NCBI RefSeq assembly: GCF_035285525.1
Contig: NZ_JAYKGW010000250.1
Span: 1-15,541 of the forward strand
From: Okeania sp.
GTDB lineage: Bacteria; Cyanobacteriota; Cyanobacteriia; Cyanobacteriales; Microcoleaceae
DNA length: 15,541 nucleotides
Reading direction: 5' to 3'
Position 1 is the stretch's first letter; each line of letters starts with the position of its first letter. A program made the position numbers and the translations under genes. A model generated the notes under the pieces. It did no database searches and was not told the origin of the DNA. It worked only from the letters and a program-made list of their open reading frames with translations. Of this stretch, positions 14,794 to 15,541 are shown in pieces.

Positions 14794-15541
14794 ATGAAAG
14801 GTATACAACAATCTTTATTTCCAAACAGAACCGCTGCCGAATTAGTAGAAGACATAAAAAAGTTAACTACAGAAATTCAAGAACTATATTGTTTAGATTC
14901 TATTCCCTGGGTTATTGGATATTCAGGCGGTAAAGATAGCACTGCAACATTGCAACTAATATGGAATGCTATAGCCGGACTTCCCGAAAAAAAACGAGCT
15001 AAAACTATTCACGTTATTACTACAGATACATTAGTAGAAAATCCTATCGTTTCGGCTTGGGTAACTAACTCTTTAAAGTTAATGGAAGAAGCTGCAAAAA
15101 ATCAGAAACTACCCATAGAATGTCATTTATTACGACCAGAAGTTAAACAAACATACTGGGTAGGACTACTTGGTAAAGGATACCCAGCCCCACGCCATAG
15201 ATTTCGCTGGTGTACTACCCGTTTAAAAATCGATCCTTCTAATCTTTTTATTCGTAATGTTGTCAGAAATAATGGAGAAACAATAGTTGTTTTAGGAACT
15301 CGTAAAGCCGAAAGTTCTAACCGTGCAGCAATAATGAATAAACGAGAAATTGGGAGAACTCGAAACCATTTGAGTCCTCATCCTAGTCTAATTAATTCTT
15401 TACTTTATACCCCTATTGAAGACTGGCGAACTGATGAAGTTTGGCTATATTTAATGCAGTGGGAAAATCCTTGGGGAAATAGTAATCAAGATTTACTAGC
15501 AATGTATCGAGGTGCAACGGAAGATAATGAATGTCCGTTAG
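14794..15541 (+). CDS. dndC: DNA phosphorothioation sulfurtransferase DndC (PP-loop ATP pyrophosphatase / PAPS-reductase-like), N-terminal 249 codons; continues beyond the window
   Basis: I translated this by hand because it is not in the ORF track (there is no stop in the window): MKGIQQSLFPNRTAAELVEDIKKLTTEIQELYCLDSIPWVIGYSGGKDSTATLQLIWNAIAGL...HVITTDTLVENPIV...YWVGLLGKGYPAPRHRFRWCTTRLKIDPSN...VVLGTRKAESSNRAA...YTPIEDWRTDEVWLYL...NPWGNSNQDLLAMYRGATEDNECPL. The SGGKDS PP-loop and the GYPAP..FRWCT.RLKI.P signature are classic DndC. The ATG at 14794 lies 44 nt after the HNH stop, with GAGGA 12 nt upstream. Confidence 0.92.
   Translation, partial: MKGIQQSLFPNRTAAELVEDIKKLTTEIQELYCLDSIPWVIGYSGGKDSTATLQLIWNAIAGLPEKKRAKTIHVITTDTLVENPIVSAWVTNSLKLMEEAAKNQKLPIECHLLRPEVKQTYWVGLLGKGYPAPRHRFRWCTTRLKIDPSNLFIRNVVRNNGETIVVLGTRKAESSNRAAIMNKREIGRTRNHLSPHPSLINSLLYTPIEDWRTDEVWLYLMQWENPWGNSNQDLLAMYRGATEDNECPL

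Noticed and set aside
1-15541. Search for tRNA, rRNA or tmRNA-like sequences (T-loop GGTTCGAAT-type motifs, cloverleaf-sized palindromes)
   Set aside because: I saw no convincing candidates. The GTGGTTCGTGT x2 at 9533-9554 lacks flanking acceptor or anticodon stems.

Overview
This 15.5-kb window looks like chromosome from a filamentous, heterocyst-type cyanobacterium (Nostocales-like). Support: six perfect HIP1 octamers (GCGATCGC), several heptameric STRR-like tandem arrays, many small hairpin or MITE-like repeats, and an SLH-OprB porin. I found no rRNA, tRNA or CRISPR array.

Gene content, left to right:
- Minus-strand pair: an SLH/OprB-type outer-membrane porin followed by a small secreted Gly/Ser-rich protein.
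- Plus-strand run of four secreted-protein genes: an unknown secreted protein, a COP23-domain protein, and two paralogous trypsin-like serine proteases. The first two proteins share a C-terminal Cys-bracketed GKRYYFN module.
- A TPMT-like SAM methyltransferase, a small conserved hypothetical protein, and a GlcNAc-transferase-like glycosyltransferase.
- At the right end, a visibly more AT-rich DNA phosphorothioation (dnd) locus. It holds a long DGQHR/DndB-like gene, a 659-bp gap, a divergently oriented HNH nuclease gene and then dndC. dndC runs off the window and is absent from the ORF track.

The two items most worth follow-up:
1. The HNH gene is split by a 1-nt frameshift in an A5 run. Its N-terminal domain resembles the phosphorothioate-sensing domain of ScoMcrA-type type IV enzymes, so a disabled modification reader may sit inside a modification writer operon.
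2. The secreted COP23 / shared-C-terminal-module / dual-protease cluster has no function I can assign.

All family assignments rest on motif recognition by eye. No database search was run.
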